Part shown: positions 22,608-36,500 of the stretch, one piece after another
Layout: each line of letters begins with the position of its first letter
Position numbering within the stretch: the first letter of the stretch is position 1
From: Mobula hypostoma
Lineage: Eukaryota
Length of the DNA: 64,000 nt
Assembly (NCBI RefSeq): GCF_963921235.1
Contig: NC_086106.1
Location: forward strand, 18,662,001 to 18,726,000
Direction of reading: 5' to 3'
Translations under genes and position numbers: made by a program
Notes under the pieces: model-generated
What the model was told of the DNA's origin: nothing
The model's input: the letters and a program-made list of their open reading frames with translations, nothing else
Databases searched by the model: none

Positions 22608-25512
22608 TATAAAGCCTGAAGGTTTTGTGTGTCAATGCCAGGAGCATTCGTAACAAGGTGGATGAATTGAAAGTGCAGATTGTTATTAATGATTATGATA
22701 TAGTTGGGATCACAGAGACATGGCTCCAGGGTGACCAAGGATGGGAGCTCAACGTTCAGGGATATTCAATATTCAGGAGGGATAGACATGAAAGAAAAGG
22801 AGGTGGGTGGCGTTGCTGGTTAAAGAGGAGATTAACACAATAGAAAGGAAGGACATAAGCCGGGAAGATGTGAAATCGATATGGGTAGAGCTGCATTACA
22901 TTAAGGGGCAGAAAACGCTGGTGGGAGTTGTGTACAGGCCACCTAACAGTAGTAGTGAGGTCGGGGATGGTATTAAACAGGAAATTAGAAATGTGTGCAA
23001 TAAAGGAACACCAGTTATAATGGGTGACTTCAATCTACATGTAGATTGGGTGAACCAAATTGGTAAAGGTGCTGAGGAAGAGGATTTCTTGGAATGTATG
23101 CGGGATGATTTTTTGAACCAACATGTCGAGGAACCAACTGGAGAGCAGGCTATTCTAGACTGGGTTTTGAACAATGAGGAAGGGTTAATTAGCAAACTTG
23201 TCGTGAGAGGCCCCTTGGGTAAGAGTGACCATAATATGGTGGAATTCTTCATTAAGATGGAGAGTGACATAGTTAATTCAGAAACAAAGGTTATGAACTT
23301 AAAGAGGGGTAATTTTGAAGGTATGAGACGTGAATTAGCTAAGATAGACTGGCAAATGACACTTAAAGGATTGACGGTGGATATGCAATGGCAAGCATTT
23401 AAAGATTGCATGGATGAACTACAACAATTGTTCATCCCAGTTTGGCAAAAGAATAAATCAAGAAAGGTAGTGCACCCATGGCTGACAAGGGAAATTAGGG
23501 ATAGTATCAATTCCAAAGAAGAAGCATACAAATTAGCCAGAAAAAGTGGCTCACCTGAGGACTGGGAGAAATTCAGAGTTCAGTAGAGGAGGACAAAGGG
23601 CTTAATTAGGAAGGGGAAAAAAGATTAGGAGAGAAAACTGGCAGGGAACATAAAAACTGACTGTAAAAGCTTTTATAGATATGTAAAAAGGAAAAGATTG
23701 GTAAAGACAAATGTAGGTCCCCTACAGACAGAAACAGGTGAATTGATTATGGGGAGCAAGGACATGGCAGACCAATTGAATAATTACTTTGGTTCTGTCT
23801 TCACTAAGGAAGACATAGATAATCTTCCAGAAATAGTAGGGGACAAAGGGTCCAGTGAGATGGAGGAACAGAGCGAAATACATGTTACTAGGGAAGTGGT
23901 GTTAGGTAAATTGAAGGGATTAAAGGCAGATAAATCACCGGCCAGACGGTCTGCATCCCAGAGTGCTTAAGAAAGTAGCCCAAGAAATAGTGGATGCATT
24001 AGTGATAATTTTTCAAAACTCTTTAGATTCTGGACTAGTTCCTGAGGATTGGAGGGTGGCTAATGTAACCCCACTTTTTAAAAAAGGAGGGAGAGAGAAA
24101 CCGGGGAATTATAGACTGGTTAGCCTAACGTCGGTGGTGGGGAAACTGCTGGAGTCAGTTATCAAAGATGTGATAACAGCACATTTGAAAAGCGGTGAAA
24201 TCATCGGACAAAGTCAGCATAGATTTGTGAAAGGAAAATCATGTCTGACGAATCTCATAGAATTTTTTGAGGATGTAACTAGTAGAGTGGATAGGGGAGA
24301 ACCAGTGGATGTGGTATATTTGGATTTTCAAAAGGCTTTTGACAAGGTCCCACACAGGAGATTAGTGTGCAAACTTAAAGCACACGGTATTGGGGGTAAG
24401 GTATTGATGTGGATAGAGAGTTGGTTAGCAGACAGGAAGCAAAGAGTGGGAATAAATGGGACCTTTTCAGAATGGCAGGCAGTGACTAGTGGGGTACCGC
24501 AAGGCTCAGTGCTGGGACCCCAGTTGTTTACAATATATATTAATGACTTGGATGAGGGAACTAAATGCAGCATCTCCAAGTTTGCGGATGACACGAAGCT
24601 GGGCAGCAGTGTTAGCTGTGAGGAGGATGCTAAGAGGATGCAGGGTGACTTGGATAGGTTGGGTGAGTGGGCAAATTCATGGCAGATGCAATTTAATTGG
24701 ATAAATGTGAAGTTATCCACTTTGGTGGCAAAAATAGGAAAACAGATTATTATCTGAATGGTGGCCGATTAGGAAAAGGGGAGGTGCAACGAGACCTGGG
24801 TGTCATTATACACCAGTCATTGAAAGTGGGCATGCAGGTACAGCAGGCGGTGAAAAAGACGAATGGTATGCTGGCATTTATAGCGAGAGGATTCGAGTAC
24901 AGGAGCAGGGAGGTACTACTGCAGTTGTACAAGGCCTTGGTGAGACCACACCTGGAGTATTGTGTGCAGTTTTGGTCCCCTAATCTGAGGAAAGACATCC
25001 TTGCCATAGAGGGAGTACAAAGAAGGTTCACCAGATTGATTCCTGGGATGGCAGGACTTTCATATGAAGAAAGACTGGATGAACTAGGCTTGTACTCATT
25101 GGAATTTAGAAGATTAAGGGGGGATCTGATTGAAACGTATAAAATCTTAAAGGGATTGGACAGGCTAGATGCAGGAAGATTGTTCCCGATGTTGGGGAAG
25201 TCCAGAACGAGGGGTCACGGTTTGAGGATAAAGGCAAAGACTGAGATTAGGAAAAACTTCTTCACACAGAGAGTGGTGAATCTGTGGAATTCTCTGCCAC
25301 AGGAAGCAGTTGAGGCCAGTTCATTGGCTATATTTAAGAGAGAGTTAGATATGGCCCTTGTGGCTAGGGGGATCAGAGGGTCTGGAGGGAAGGCTGGTGC
25401 AGGGTTCTGAGTTGGATGATCAGCCATGATCATAATAAATGGCGGTGCAGGCTCGAAGGGCCCAATGGCCTACTCCTGCACCTATTTTCTATGTTTCTAT
25501 GTTTTCTATGTT
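22608..25512 (+). mobile_element. CR1 LINE, nearly complete ORF2 with few stops and frameshifts
   Basis: NARSIRNKVDEL, ITETW, SDHN, NYRLVSL, DFQKAFD, PQGSVLGP, FADD; TTCTATG-type repeat tail near 25490-25512. Confidence 0.97.
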
Positions 25513-25749
25513 TTGCCAATCAACTTTCCAGCTCTTAGCTCCATCCCTCCCCCTCCTGTCTTCTCCTACCATTTCGGATCTCCCTCCACCCCACGTTCAA
25601 ATCTCTCACTATCTCTTCCTTCAGTTAGTCCTGATGAAGGGTCTTGGCCCGAAACGTCGACTGTACCTCTTCCTTGAGATGCTGCCTGGCCTGATGCATT
25701 CTGCCAGCATTTTGTGTGTTGCTGAAATTATTGGACATTTTCTTTGGAT

Positions 25750-26250
25750 ATTATGATCATAATCTACATTTTTGTGTTTGTTTAAATGTGATTACTCTGA
25801 ATTCTCAGATGTGATTCTGCCAGTGTACTTATAGAATCAAAAGTGGGAACTGTTTGAACCCACCATTTTTTAAATAATACTTTTTATAAGATTTGAACTT
25901 TTTAACAAAGTCACATATTTTTCACAGCATGTGATGTTTCATCCCCACTCACTGGTAGAAAGCAGTATAGCAGCTATACTCATGATTCATCACCTTTCTC
26001 ATTTTTCTTTGGCTAAGTATCAACACATTACCTACGTGATGTAGTCATTTTAATTATGTAATCTATTACCAAGCTTATTTTCTATCTGAGGAATTTCTTA
26101 ATCTTGTTCATAAAAGTGAATGATTTGTACAGAAACGCCATACGAGCTGCTTTATTCTTCTGTCTTTCCACCACTTGGCATCGTTTCTCAACTCTTTCAT
26201 TAGTTTGCTTTGTATTTGTATGTTTGTATTCCAAAATAAACTGAAATCTT
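25750..26250 (-). mobile_element. Degenerate L1/Tx1-like fragment (end of endonuclease)
   Basis: Minus frames give VWRFCTNHSLL..FMNKIKKFL, resembling L1 WRLNSxLL..FIKEQIKEFL; very A-rich strand. Confidence 0.4.
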
Positions 26251-26799
26251 GGAATTAAGATTTGGCCAGTTTTGGCTCCCAGAAGAACACAATGGATCAG
26301 AAAAATAAACAGAGATCCAACAGTCTCTACCACAGACTGTTCAGTAATAACTGAGTGTCTGACAAACATATGGCTGGAAAATAGATCTTGCACGCTCCTG
26401 GCACAGCAGTCAATACTCTGATATATTTTAGTGGGGCCAGAGAGGATTTCTTCTGAAACTTGAGAAAACCTTGGCCTGAATTCAAATAGGAAACAAATTG
26501 TGAGAAATAGCAAGGACAAAAACCTTTAGAAATGTGCAATGGATGTATGAGGAGAAGTAAAATCAACTTGAGTAGAATCATGTGGGACAAGAACCCTGTG
26601 TCTGTTGTGATGTAGAGTATTCACTTGAAATGTTGTCCCTTCCTTTCTTTCCACAATTGTTGCCTGACCTATTGAGTTCTTCTGGCAGTTTGAGTTTTCC
26701 TACAGATTCTAGCATCGGCAGTCTTCAAGAGAATACTTTTCCTGATGAAGTGCAAAGAACATGGACTCATCACTTACAAACTGCAATGGAAGAGACAAG

Positions 26800-28725
26800 A
26801 GACTTCATGACAACATATTTGATCCAAGTGCTAGCACCTGATAGATATCATATTCTTTGGGCAAAGGAATATTAATGGTGTTGGAATCATCAGAGGTGAT
26901 AGAAGCTGGACAGACTGCTTAATCATAGAGTATCACTGATAGAAGAGTGTGGAAGAAATTCAATTTGCCTATGAAGTCTATGGTGTTGTATTCAAGAGCA
27001 AACCAGCATGTCCCCCTGCCTTGTCTCTCCCTTTATTCTGCAGTTTGTCTTCCTTTCAATTTTCCACTTCCCTTTTGAATGCCCCAATTGGATCAGTTTC
27101 CTCTACCAGGCACACCAGAGATTTCTAAACACAAGCATCTCACTGCACAAATCATTCCTTCCTGATGTGACTCTGATCCTTTTGTCAACCCCACTCATTC
27201 TACACCCTCTGCATTCACCAATATCTGGGAGGCTGGAGGACCACCAGAATTCTCACATTGTGATTCCATTGGGCCACCAGAAGAACTTCAGTAGAACTCA
27301 TATCACGCTCATCCCCCCTTACACTGGCAACACAGCAGTGGAAATTGCAAGCAATTTCAAACTCTTGGGAGTGCTAATCACACACAACTTCTCATGGTCC
27401 ACAAATCTCTTCCTACATGGTAGAGATCGCTCACCAGTGCTAATTTCTGAGGAGGCTGAAGAGAGCTGGACGTTGCAAATCCAGACCCACATCATTGTAG
27501 AGATGCACAGTGGAGAGAGCATCCTAACAAGCTGCGTCACTACTCAGTGATGCAAAGCAAATTTCACATCATCTGCCAGTGACATTAAACCTGATTCTGG
27601 TTCTGATTCTTCTGGTACAGAAATTGAACTGTGGGGGACAGGAAAACCCTACAACAGGTAGTTAACACTGCTCAATACATTAGCCTACCTGCCATCAAGG
27701 ACATAGATACAGAAAGGTTCTGGAAAAGGGCCAGTAATATCATGAAGTGTCCCACCTACCCAGCATGCTGATGAACTGCTTGTCCCACTTACACCAGGGA
27801 GGGGGCTACACAGTATCCATGCCAGGATGACCAAACTCAAACAGATACTTTCCCCAAGCAGTAAGGTCAATCAACACCCCCACCCACTAACTCCACCACT
27901 ACTTTATTATTTCCTCTCAGTCACCTTATGTACAGCCTCATATCACTTTATGAAATATAATTAATCTACCTATGAATATAAGCTGTTTTGTGAATTTATA
28001 TTTATGGTGTTTTTATTTATTCTTGTGTTCTTTATCTTATTGTGGTTACTTTGTGCTGCATCAGATCCAGAGAAACAATTATTACATTCTCATTTACACC
28101 TGTGTTCAGGAAATCACATTAAACAATCTCGAATCTTGAATCTTGGAACCTTTCAGTCACCTTATGTACAGCCTCACATCACTTTATGGGCATACAATCA
28201 ATCTACCTGTGAATATAAGGTCTTCAATGTTTTATATTTATTGTTTTCTTTTATTATTATTGTGTTCTTTATGCTATTGCATTTTTGTGTTGTTGCCCAG
28301 AGTAACAATTATTTTGTTCTCGTTTACACCTGTGTACAGGAAATCACATTAAACAATCTTGAATCTTGAGTCTTAGAGCTTTAGTGATTAGAAATACCTT
28401 CACAGATGTTCTCTCCACTTCCTCCTTTCCAAACAAAATAATTCTGGCAGCTCCATTGTCTAACTGATATCCATTATTCCTGGAATCATCCTAAGGTTCT
28501 CTCAGAGTGACACATCACTCCTCTGATATTGTGTCCTGAATTATGGATAATATATACATTGGGATAATATAAACAGATAGAAAACTGATTCCCCTTTTGT
28601 CAGAATCAGTTTTATATGTGTAGACATCATCATCATTGTTTTCTTCCCTCTTACATCCTGATTATTTGGGCTGTAAAGGGATTACTAACAAATGACATAA
28701 TGTAATCAGCGGGTTACCTATACAC
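26800..28725 (+). repeat. Shared paralogous block (CR1 and Rex1 relics plus RTE linker)
   Basis: Aligns by eye with 43400-46230 (plus) and 56790-56050 (minus). Confidence 0.85.
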
Positions 28726-28761
28726 TTACTAGCTCTTCACCAGCAACTTTGATGTGTGTTG

Positions 28762-30534
28762 GAGGATTTATCACCTCGTCGGGGAAAATGATTAAACCCG
28801 CCTCCTTCGTACTGAACCTTTCAGAAGCTATAGAGTTGCCACAGACTTTAGAAATAATTAAGAGCCAGGCACACACCTCAGCCGAGAATGAGGTCTCCAA
28901 GGGAAATCGGTTTGCAGACATGGTAGCAAAACAGGTGTCCCTTCAGCAACAACCTGTGCTACAGACCCCTCGGGCTGAATCGGGAGGGAAGAAGCTCTGT
29001 GTGTATGGACGTCCAGCAGTTGCAGGAAGCCCAAGATCTTGCCTCACAGCAAGAGAAATGTGCCTGGAGCAAATCTGCATGTTACCAGAATACCGGGCTA
29101 TGGCGTCACCCAGATGGCTGAGTAGCGTACCCGCATAGTTTATTTTTGCCCATGGCTCACCTGGCACATGGCCAGGCTCACATGGGCAAAGGTGGGATGC
29201 AGCATGCCAACACTCAACAATGGTACTCCCCAGGGACAACACTAACTATCGAGAAGGTAGCACGAACTTTTTTAGTTTGCCAGCAAAACAATAGAGGAAA
29301 GGCGCCCGCTAGATTTGAACACCTGCCCCAACTGGAAATTATACCTAGGTTTGGAATTCCCCTAGGGATAAATAGCGACAGGGGAACCCATTTTACAAAT
29401 AAAGTAGTGCAGGGACTGAAGGAAGCCTTGGGGTTCCAGTAGAAATTGCATATCCCCTACCAGCCTCAGTCCTTAGGTATGGTGGAAAGAGCAAACGGGG
29501 AAATAAAAGTGGTTTTGACAAAAGTTTGTCAGCAAGACTGTGTCGGACGGCCAGAGGCAATGCCCCTAGTAACGTACACTCTGCGAAAATCAGAAGAATA
29601 GAAATACAGGACTTACCCCTCATGAAATTTTGGTGGGGCGGTCTATGACAACAGGAACTAAGACCCCATGACCCCAGAAAACGGTAGTGCTAATGATGAG
29701 AAGACACTGAAATACCGGGACAATTCTGATTAGATGGAGAGGGAGGTGAAAGCACAGAGGAACATATGGAGAAATTTCTGAAACGCGGGTTCGCTGCTGT
29801 TTTTACTGCGCGTTCGAGAATCTTCCGGAGGGAAGGCCTCAAAATCCCTGGCTTTGCCTGCTGTTGGCAACCGAGATTGAGGTCGAATCTTTCGAATAGA
29901 GATGGTGCTCGGTACCCGGTGTTGGAGAGCTGATCGGAGGCTTGAGGTTTTCGGACAACTCAGAGTCGGACTGTGGTTGGGCATGCCAGGGAGGGTTTTA
30001 CTTCCTTCTTCCGTCTGTGTAAGATGTAGGACATTTGAGAGACTTTGAACTTTTTACTGTGCTCATGGACTGTTCTTCATCAAGTTATGTTATTGTTGCA
30101 CTGTTGTAACTATATGTTATAATTATGTGGTTTTGTTAGTTTTTTCAGTCTTGGTCTGTCCTGTGTTTTGTGATATCTCACCGGAGGAAATATTGTATCA
30201 TTTCTTAATGCATGCATTACTAAATTACAATAAAAGAGGACGATTGGTCTTCATAATCTAAATACGCGCAAGCATTGTGTCAGGAGGCAGGGAAATTATC
30301 TGAAAGGGTCTAGCAAGCCCAAGCACCTTTAACTGAAGCTAACATGCATCCGTTACGCCGGCAGATAGAATATATGTGAGATCAATGAATAAAGATTCTT
30401 TCTCTCCCAGGTGGAAAGGCCCCTACCCAGCGCTTATAACAACCTGAACCATGGTGAAGGTTGAAGGAAAAGGAGAATGGATTCACGCTACTCGGTGCAA
30501 ACTGCACCAGGAGTTGGAAGCCAAGAAAGTATGA
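28762..30534 (+). mobile_element. pol: ERV2 pol 3' part (RNase H end and integrase), interrupted by a LINE-tail repeat at about 29775-30261
   Basis: KGNRFADMVAK; HMGKGGM..C..CQQNN; IPRFGIPLGINSDRGTHF; PQSLGMVERAN; RWKGPY..WIHATRCK; stop at 30532-30534. Confidence 0.92.
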
Positions 30535-32949
30535 AGCTGACAAGCCAGATGCTTTTACGGGGACTGATACTGGGGGGAGTTAGTATGGCCTTATCGAAAA
30601 ATACCTTTTTGTCTTTATGTCACACTTATGCCAGTCAACAAAGTGAAGAGTTGGACTCTTGTTGGGTGTGTGTAAAGATAGCTCAGCATGCTGCCCAGGG
30701 AATGTCCCTGGAAGGGGTCCTCCGAACGGAAGCAAAATGCTTTCTGTGTGACTTATGAATGAATTTAACCATCCTATTCCAACTTTAAAACAAGAGATTG
30801 GCAGAAGATGATAAACATAGAACATAGAATAGGACAACACAGTACAGGCCCTTCGGCCCACATTGTTGTGCCAACCCTCAAACTCTGCTTCCCATATACC
30901 CCCCCACCTTAAATTCCTCCATATACTTGTCTAATAGTCTCTTAAATTTCACTAGTTATCTGCCTCCACCACTGACTCAGGCAGTGTATTCCATGCACCA
31001 ACTATCCTCTGAGTAAAAAACCTTCCTCTAATATCCCCCTTGAACTTCCCACCCCTTAACTTAAAGCTATGTCCCCTTGTATTGAGCAGTGGTGCCCTGG
31101 GGAAGAGGCGCTAGCTATCCACTCTGTCTATTCCTTTTAATATCTTGTATATATCTATCATGTCTCCTCTCATCCTCCTTCTCTCCAAAGAGTAAACCTA
31201 AGCTCCCTTAATCTTTGATCATAATCCATACTCTCTAAACCAGGCAGCATCTTGGTAAATGTCCTCTGTACCTTTTCCAATGGTTCTGCATCCTTCCTAT
31301 AGTGAGGCGACCAGAACTGGACACAGCACTCCAAGTGTGGCCTAACCAGAGTTTTATAGAGCAGCATCATTACCTCACGGCTCTTAAACTCTATCCCTCG
31401 ACTTATGAAAGCTAACACCCCATAAGCTTTCTTAACTGCCCTATCCACCTGTGAGGCAACTTTCAGGGATCTGTGGACATGTACCCCGAGATCCCTCTGC
31501 TCCTCCACACTACCAAGTATCCTGTTATTTACTTTGTACTCTGCCTTGGAGTTTGTCCTTCCAAAGTGTACCACCTCACACTTCTCCAGGTTGAACTCCA
31601 TCTGCCACTTCTCAGCCCACTTCTGCATTCTATCAATGTCTCTCTGCAATCTTCGACAATCCTCTACACTATCCACAACACCACCAACCTTTGTGTCATC
31701 TGCAAACTTGCTAACCCACCCTTCTACCCCCACATCCAGGTCGTTAATAAAAATCACAAAAAGTAGAGGTCCCAGAGCAGATCCTTGTGGAACACTACTG
31801 TTCACAATCCTCCAATCCAAATGTACTCCCTCCACCAGGACCCTCTGCCTTCTGCAGGCAAGCCAATTCTAAATCCACTTGGCCAAACTTCCCTGGATCC
31901 TATGCCTTCTGACTTTCTGAATAAGCCTTCCCTGTGAAAATTTGTCAAATGCCTTATTAAAATCCATATGGATCACATCCACTGCACTATGCTCATCTAT
32001 ATGCCTGATCACCTCCTCAAAGAACTGTGATGTCAGGGAAGGGGATTGTGGATGTACCTGCTTCAAAGGATGGTACCTCCATACCCCGACGGAGGAAAAA
32101 AAGATGCCCTTCTTTGAGTTAGTACTGTAATATGGCGGGGGGGGGGAATGGGACATTTCTGGGTCATAGCTCTTGTACTGAACAGAGGCGGTACGTGGGG
32201 AAAGAGCTTATCCTTGGTTTCCAGGGCTGCCAGGCAAAACTGGGAATGTGTCCCCAGGAAATTGGACGGCCTGCTGTTATTTGGCCCATATAGTGCCCTC
32301 CATGCATCTTATAAAAGATATATCGCAACACCCTTATTTAAGGCGAAGTAAGCGAGGGATAACGGAAAGTGAAAGGTTTTGGATGGTAGCATTTCCCTCA
32401 TATGGTGTGGCACGAAATTCACGAGAAATTATTAATATGGCAGCCGCTCTAGAGAAATTGGCCAATGACACTGCCGATGCCCTAACTGACGTGCAGACGC
32501 AAATGAAAGACCTAACAACAGAAGTAATTGCCCTTAGGATGGTAGCCTTGCAAAATAGAATGGCCCTGGACCTACTCTTAGCCAAAAAAGGAGGGACATG
32601 TGCCTTGGTAGGGTAGGGATGCTGTACTTGTATTCCCGATGATTTAGAAAACATAACTGACTTTAGTCAACACATAAGGGGAAAAATTGAGGAGATTAGA
32701 AAGATAAGGAAACAGTTTAAGAAATTTGGTTTAGGAACAAAATGGTGGGAAATAATAGAGGAATGGTTTTCTGGCTGGGGAAACTGGATTACCCATGGGA
32801 TAATTATATTGGTAATGGTATATGTTTTAGGGTGCTGTGTATGTGGAGCATTACGATCGTGTTGTTATCAGTTAATGAAAAGAGCCTTACTCGGATCTGA
32901 AAATGTCCCTATGATACCCCAGATGGTGAGAGAAATGCGCAGAAGGTGA
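30531..32949 (+). pseudogene. env: ERV2 env (gamma-type), split by CR1 at 30813-32027
   Basis: Signal peptide, CWVC (CXXC), furin site RSKR, ISD LQNRMALDLLLAKKGGTC, CX6CC containing one TAG, hydrophobic TM GIIILVMVYVLGCCV. Confidence 0.93.
30813..32027 (-). mobile_element. CR1 3' portion inserted in env
   Basis: ORF 31170-31835 PQGSALGP, FADD; CTATGTT tail at 30813. Confidence 0.95.
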
Positions 32950-33080
32950 AACTGGTGGGGAGAGGAGGTACATCCTGGCAAAGTAAGAACATTTCCAGAG
33001 GGATATGAATCCCCCTATGAGGAAGAGGAGGAAATACCTCATGAGGAGTGTTGATCTGAAAGGATCAACAAGGAGGGAAT

Positions 33081-33517
33081 TGTGGAAGAATTTAAGACTC
33101 TCTGGATATGTAGGGGTTAACCTAATAGCTTGTGAATGCTCTTAAAATTCAGCTAAAGTCCTTGCTCTAAGAATTTAGCTGAAAGTCCTTGATAAAGTCT
33201 AAAGAAAAACGTTATAGCACTGCATTTACGTAATGCTGTTGCTTGTTGAAATTTAGGCCAAGTTCAAAGTCACGTTGTTTGTTACATTCTAGACCTAAGT
33301 TCACAGTCAAGCAATGTTATTGTTAAGTGCTTTCAGTTACATACGCTGTGTCTATATAATGAAGCGTGTCTGGAAGCTAACCAGAGCCTCCGAGCACCGC
33401 TTTTAGGAAAAGTGGCTCTCCGTGATATCACGTATAAATAAAGTCCTTTAGTCTGAAACAGTTCTCTGAGTCGGCCTGATTTGTTCTGTCTGCTGCTCCT
33501 GAGATTTTTCCGCAACA
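33081..33517 (+). mobile_element. ERV2 3' LTR
   Basis: PPT AAGGAGGGAAT then TGTGG; TATATAA near 33353; AATAAA near 33436; ends GCAACA. Confidence 0.88.
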
Positions 33518-36500
33518 CCTCTGACAGCCCTCCACACTATCCACAACACCCCCAAACATTTTGTCATCAGCAAATTTACTAACCCATCCCTCCACTTCCT
33601 CATCCAGGTCATTTATAAAAATCACGAATAGTAGTCGCCCCAGAACAGATCCCTGAGGCACACCACTAGTCACCGGCCTCCATGCAGAATACGACCCATC
33701 TACAACCACTCTTTGCCTTCTGTGGGCAAGCCAGTTCTGGATCCACAAAGCAACGTCCCCTTGGATCCCATGCCTCCTTACTTTCTCAATAAGCTTTGCA
33801 TGGGGTACCTTATCAAATGCCTTTCTAAAATCCATATACACTACATCTATGGCTCTACCTTCATCAACGTGTTTAGTCACATCCTCAAAAAATTCAATCA
33901 GCTCGTAAGGCACAGCCTGCCCTTGACTAAGCCATGCTGACTATTCCTAATCATATTATACCTCTGCAATTGTTCATAAATCCTGCCTCTCAGGATCTTC
34001 TCCATCAAGTTACCAACCTCTGAAGTAAGACTCACTGGCCTATAATTTCCTGGGCTATCACTATTCCTTTTTTTGAATAAGGGAATAACATCCACAACCC
34101 TCCAATCCTCCAGAACCTCTCCCGTCCTCATTGATGATGCAAAGATCTTTGCCAGAGTCTCAGCAATCTCCTCCCTCGCCTGGGGTACATCCTGTCCGGT
34201 CCCAGTGACTTATCCAACATGATGCTTTCCAAAAGCTCCAGCACATCCTCTTCCTTAATATTTACATTCTCAAGCTTTTCAGTCCACTGCAAGTCATCCC
34301 TACAATCGCCAAGATCCTTTTCCGTAGTTAATACTGAAGCAAAGTATACATTAAGTACCTCCGCTATTTCCTCTGGTTCCATACACACTTTTCCATTGTC
34401 ACACTTGATTGGTCCTATTCTCTCACGTCTTATCCTCTTGCTCTTCACATACTTGTAGAATGCCTTGGGGTTTTCCTTAATCTTGTCCGCCAATGCCTTC
34501 TCATGGCCCCTTCTGGCTTTCCTAATTTCATTCTTAAGCTCCTTCCTGCTAGCCTTATAATCTTCTAGATTCCTATCATTACCTAGTTTTTTTTTGAAAC
34601 TCTCGTAAGCTCTTCTTTTCTTCTTGACTAGATTTACAACAGCTTTTGTATACCACGGATCTTGTACCCTACCATCCTTTCCATGTCTCATTGGTACATA
34701 CCTACTCAGAACCCCGCGCAAATATCCCCTGAACGTTTGCCACCTTTCTTCCATACGTTTCCCTGAGAATATCTGTTTCAAATTTATGCTTCCAAGTTCC
34801 TGCCTGATAGCCTCATATTTCCCCTTACTCCAATTAAACGCTTTCCTAACTTGTCTATTCCTATCCCTCTCTAATGCTATGGTAAAGGAGATAGAATTGT
34901 GATCACTATCTCCAAAATGCTCTCCCATTGAGAGACCTGATACCTGACCAGGTTCATTTCTCAATACCAGATCAAGTACAGTCTCTCCTCTTGTAGGCTT
35001 ATCTACATATTGTGTCAAGAAACCATCCTAAACACACCTAACAAATTCTACCCCATCTAAGCCCCTCATTCTAGGGAGATGCCAATCAATATTTGGGAAA
35101 TTAAAATCTCCCGCCACAACAACCCTGTTATCATTACTCCTTTCCAGAATCTGTCACCCTATCCATTCCTTGATGTCCCTGTTACTATTGGGTGGTCTAT
35201 AAAAAACACCCAGTAGTGTCATTGACCCCTTCCTCTTCCTAACTTCCACCCACAGAGACTCCGTAGACAACCCCTCCATGACTTCCTCCTTTTCTGCAGC
35301 TGTGACACTATCTCTGATCAACAGTGCCACGCCCCCACCTCTTTTGTCTCCCTCCCTATCCTTTCTGAAACATCTAAAGCCTGACACTTACAGTAGCCAT
35401 TCCTGCCCTGCACCATCCTAGTCTCTGTAATGGCAACAACATCACAGCTCCAAGTGCTGATCCACGCTCTAAGCTCATCTGCATTATTCATGATACTCCT
35501 CGCATTAAAATAGACACATCTCAGACCATCAGACTGAGCACGTCCCTTCTCTATCACCCGCCTATCCTCCCTCTCGCATTGTCTCCAAGCTTTCTCTATT
35601 TGTGAGCCAACCTCCCTTTCCTCCATCACTTCAGTTCGGTTCCCACCCCTCAGCAATTCTAGTTTAAACTCTCCCCAACAGCCTTAGCAAACCTTTCCGC
35701 CAGGATATTCATCCCCTTTGGATTCAAGTGAAACCTATCCTTTTTGTGCAGTCACAGAAGAAGAGATCCCAATGATCCAGATATCTGAATCCCTCCCCGC
35801 TGCTCCAATCCCTCAGCCATGCATTTATCTTCCACCTCATTCTATTCCCATACTCACTGTCGCGTGGCACAGGCCGTAATCCCGACAACACTACCTTTGA
35901 GGTCCTGCTTCTCAACTTCTTTCCTAACTCCCTGTAGTCTGTTTTCAGGACCTCCTCCCTTTTCCTACCTATGTCGTTGGTACCAATATTTACCACAGCC
36001 TCTGGCTGTTCTCCTTCCCGCTTCAAGATATCTTTGTCAAGGGCAGGTCGTGCCTTACGAGCCTGATTGAATTTTTTGAGGATGTGACTAAATATTTTGA
36101 TGAAGGAAGAGCAGTAGATGTAGTATATATAGATTTCAGCAAGGCATTTGATAAGATACCCCATACTTAATGAGAAAGTAAGAAGGCATGGGATCCAAGG
36201 GGACATTGCTTTGTGGATCCGGAACTGGCTTGCCCACAGAAAGCAAAGTGTGGTTAGAGATAGGTCACATTCTGCATGGAGGTCGGTGACCAGTGGTGTG
36301 CCTCAGGGATGCGTATGGGGACCCCTAGTCTTTGTGATTTTTATAAATGACCTGGGTGAAGTAGTAGAGGGATGGTTTAGTAAGTTTGCTGATGACACAA
36401 AGGTTGGAGGTGTTGTGGATAGTCTGGAGGGCTGTCAGAAGTTACAGAGGGACATTGATAGGATGCAAAACTGGGCTGAGAAGTGGCAGATGGAGTTCAA

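Noticed and set aside
22896-25031. Long minus-strand ORFs (211, 130 and 93 aa) and similar ones at 31473-31872 and 34219-34902
   Set aside because: Antisense shadows of CR1 ORF2.
26082-26519. 145-aa minus ORF in AT-rich DNA
   Set aside because: It spans the antisense of the RTE endonuclease relic plus an L1-like fragment; the paralog at 63020-63230 has stops in this frame.
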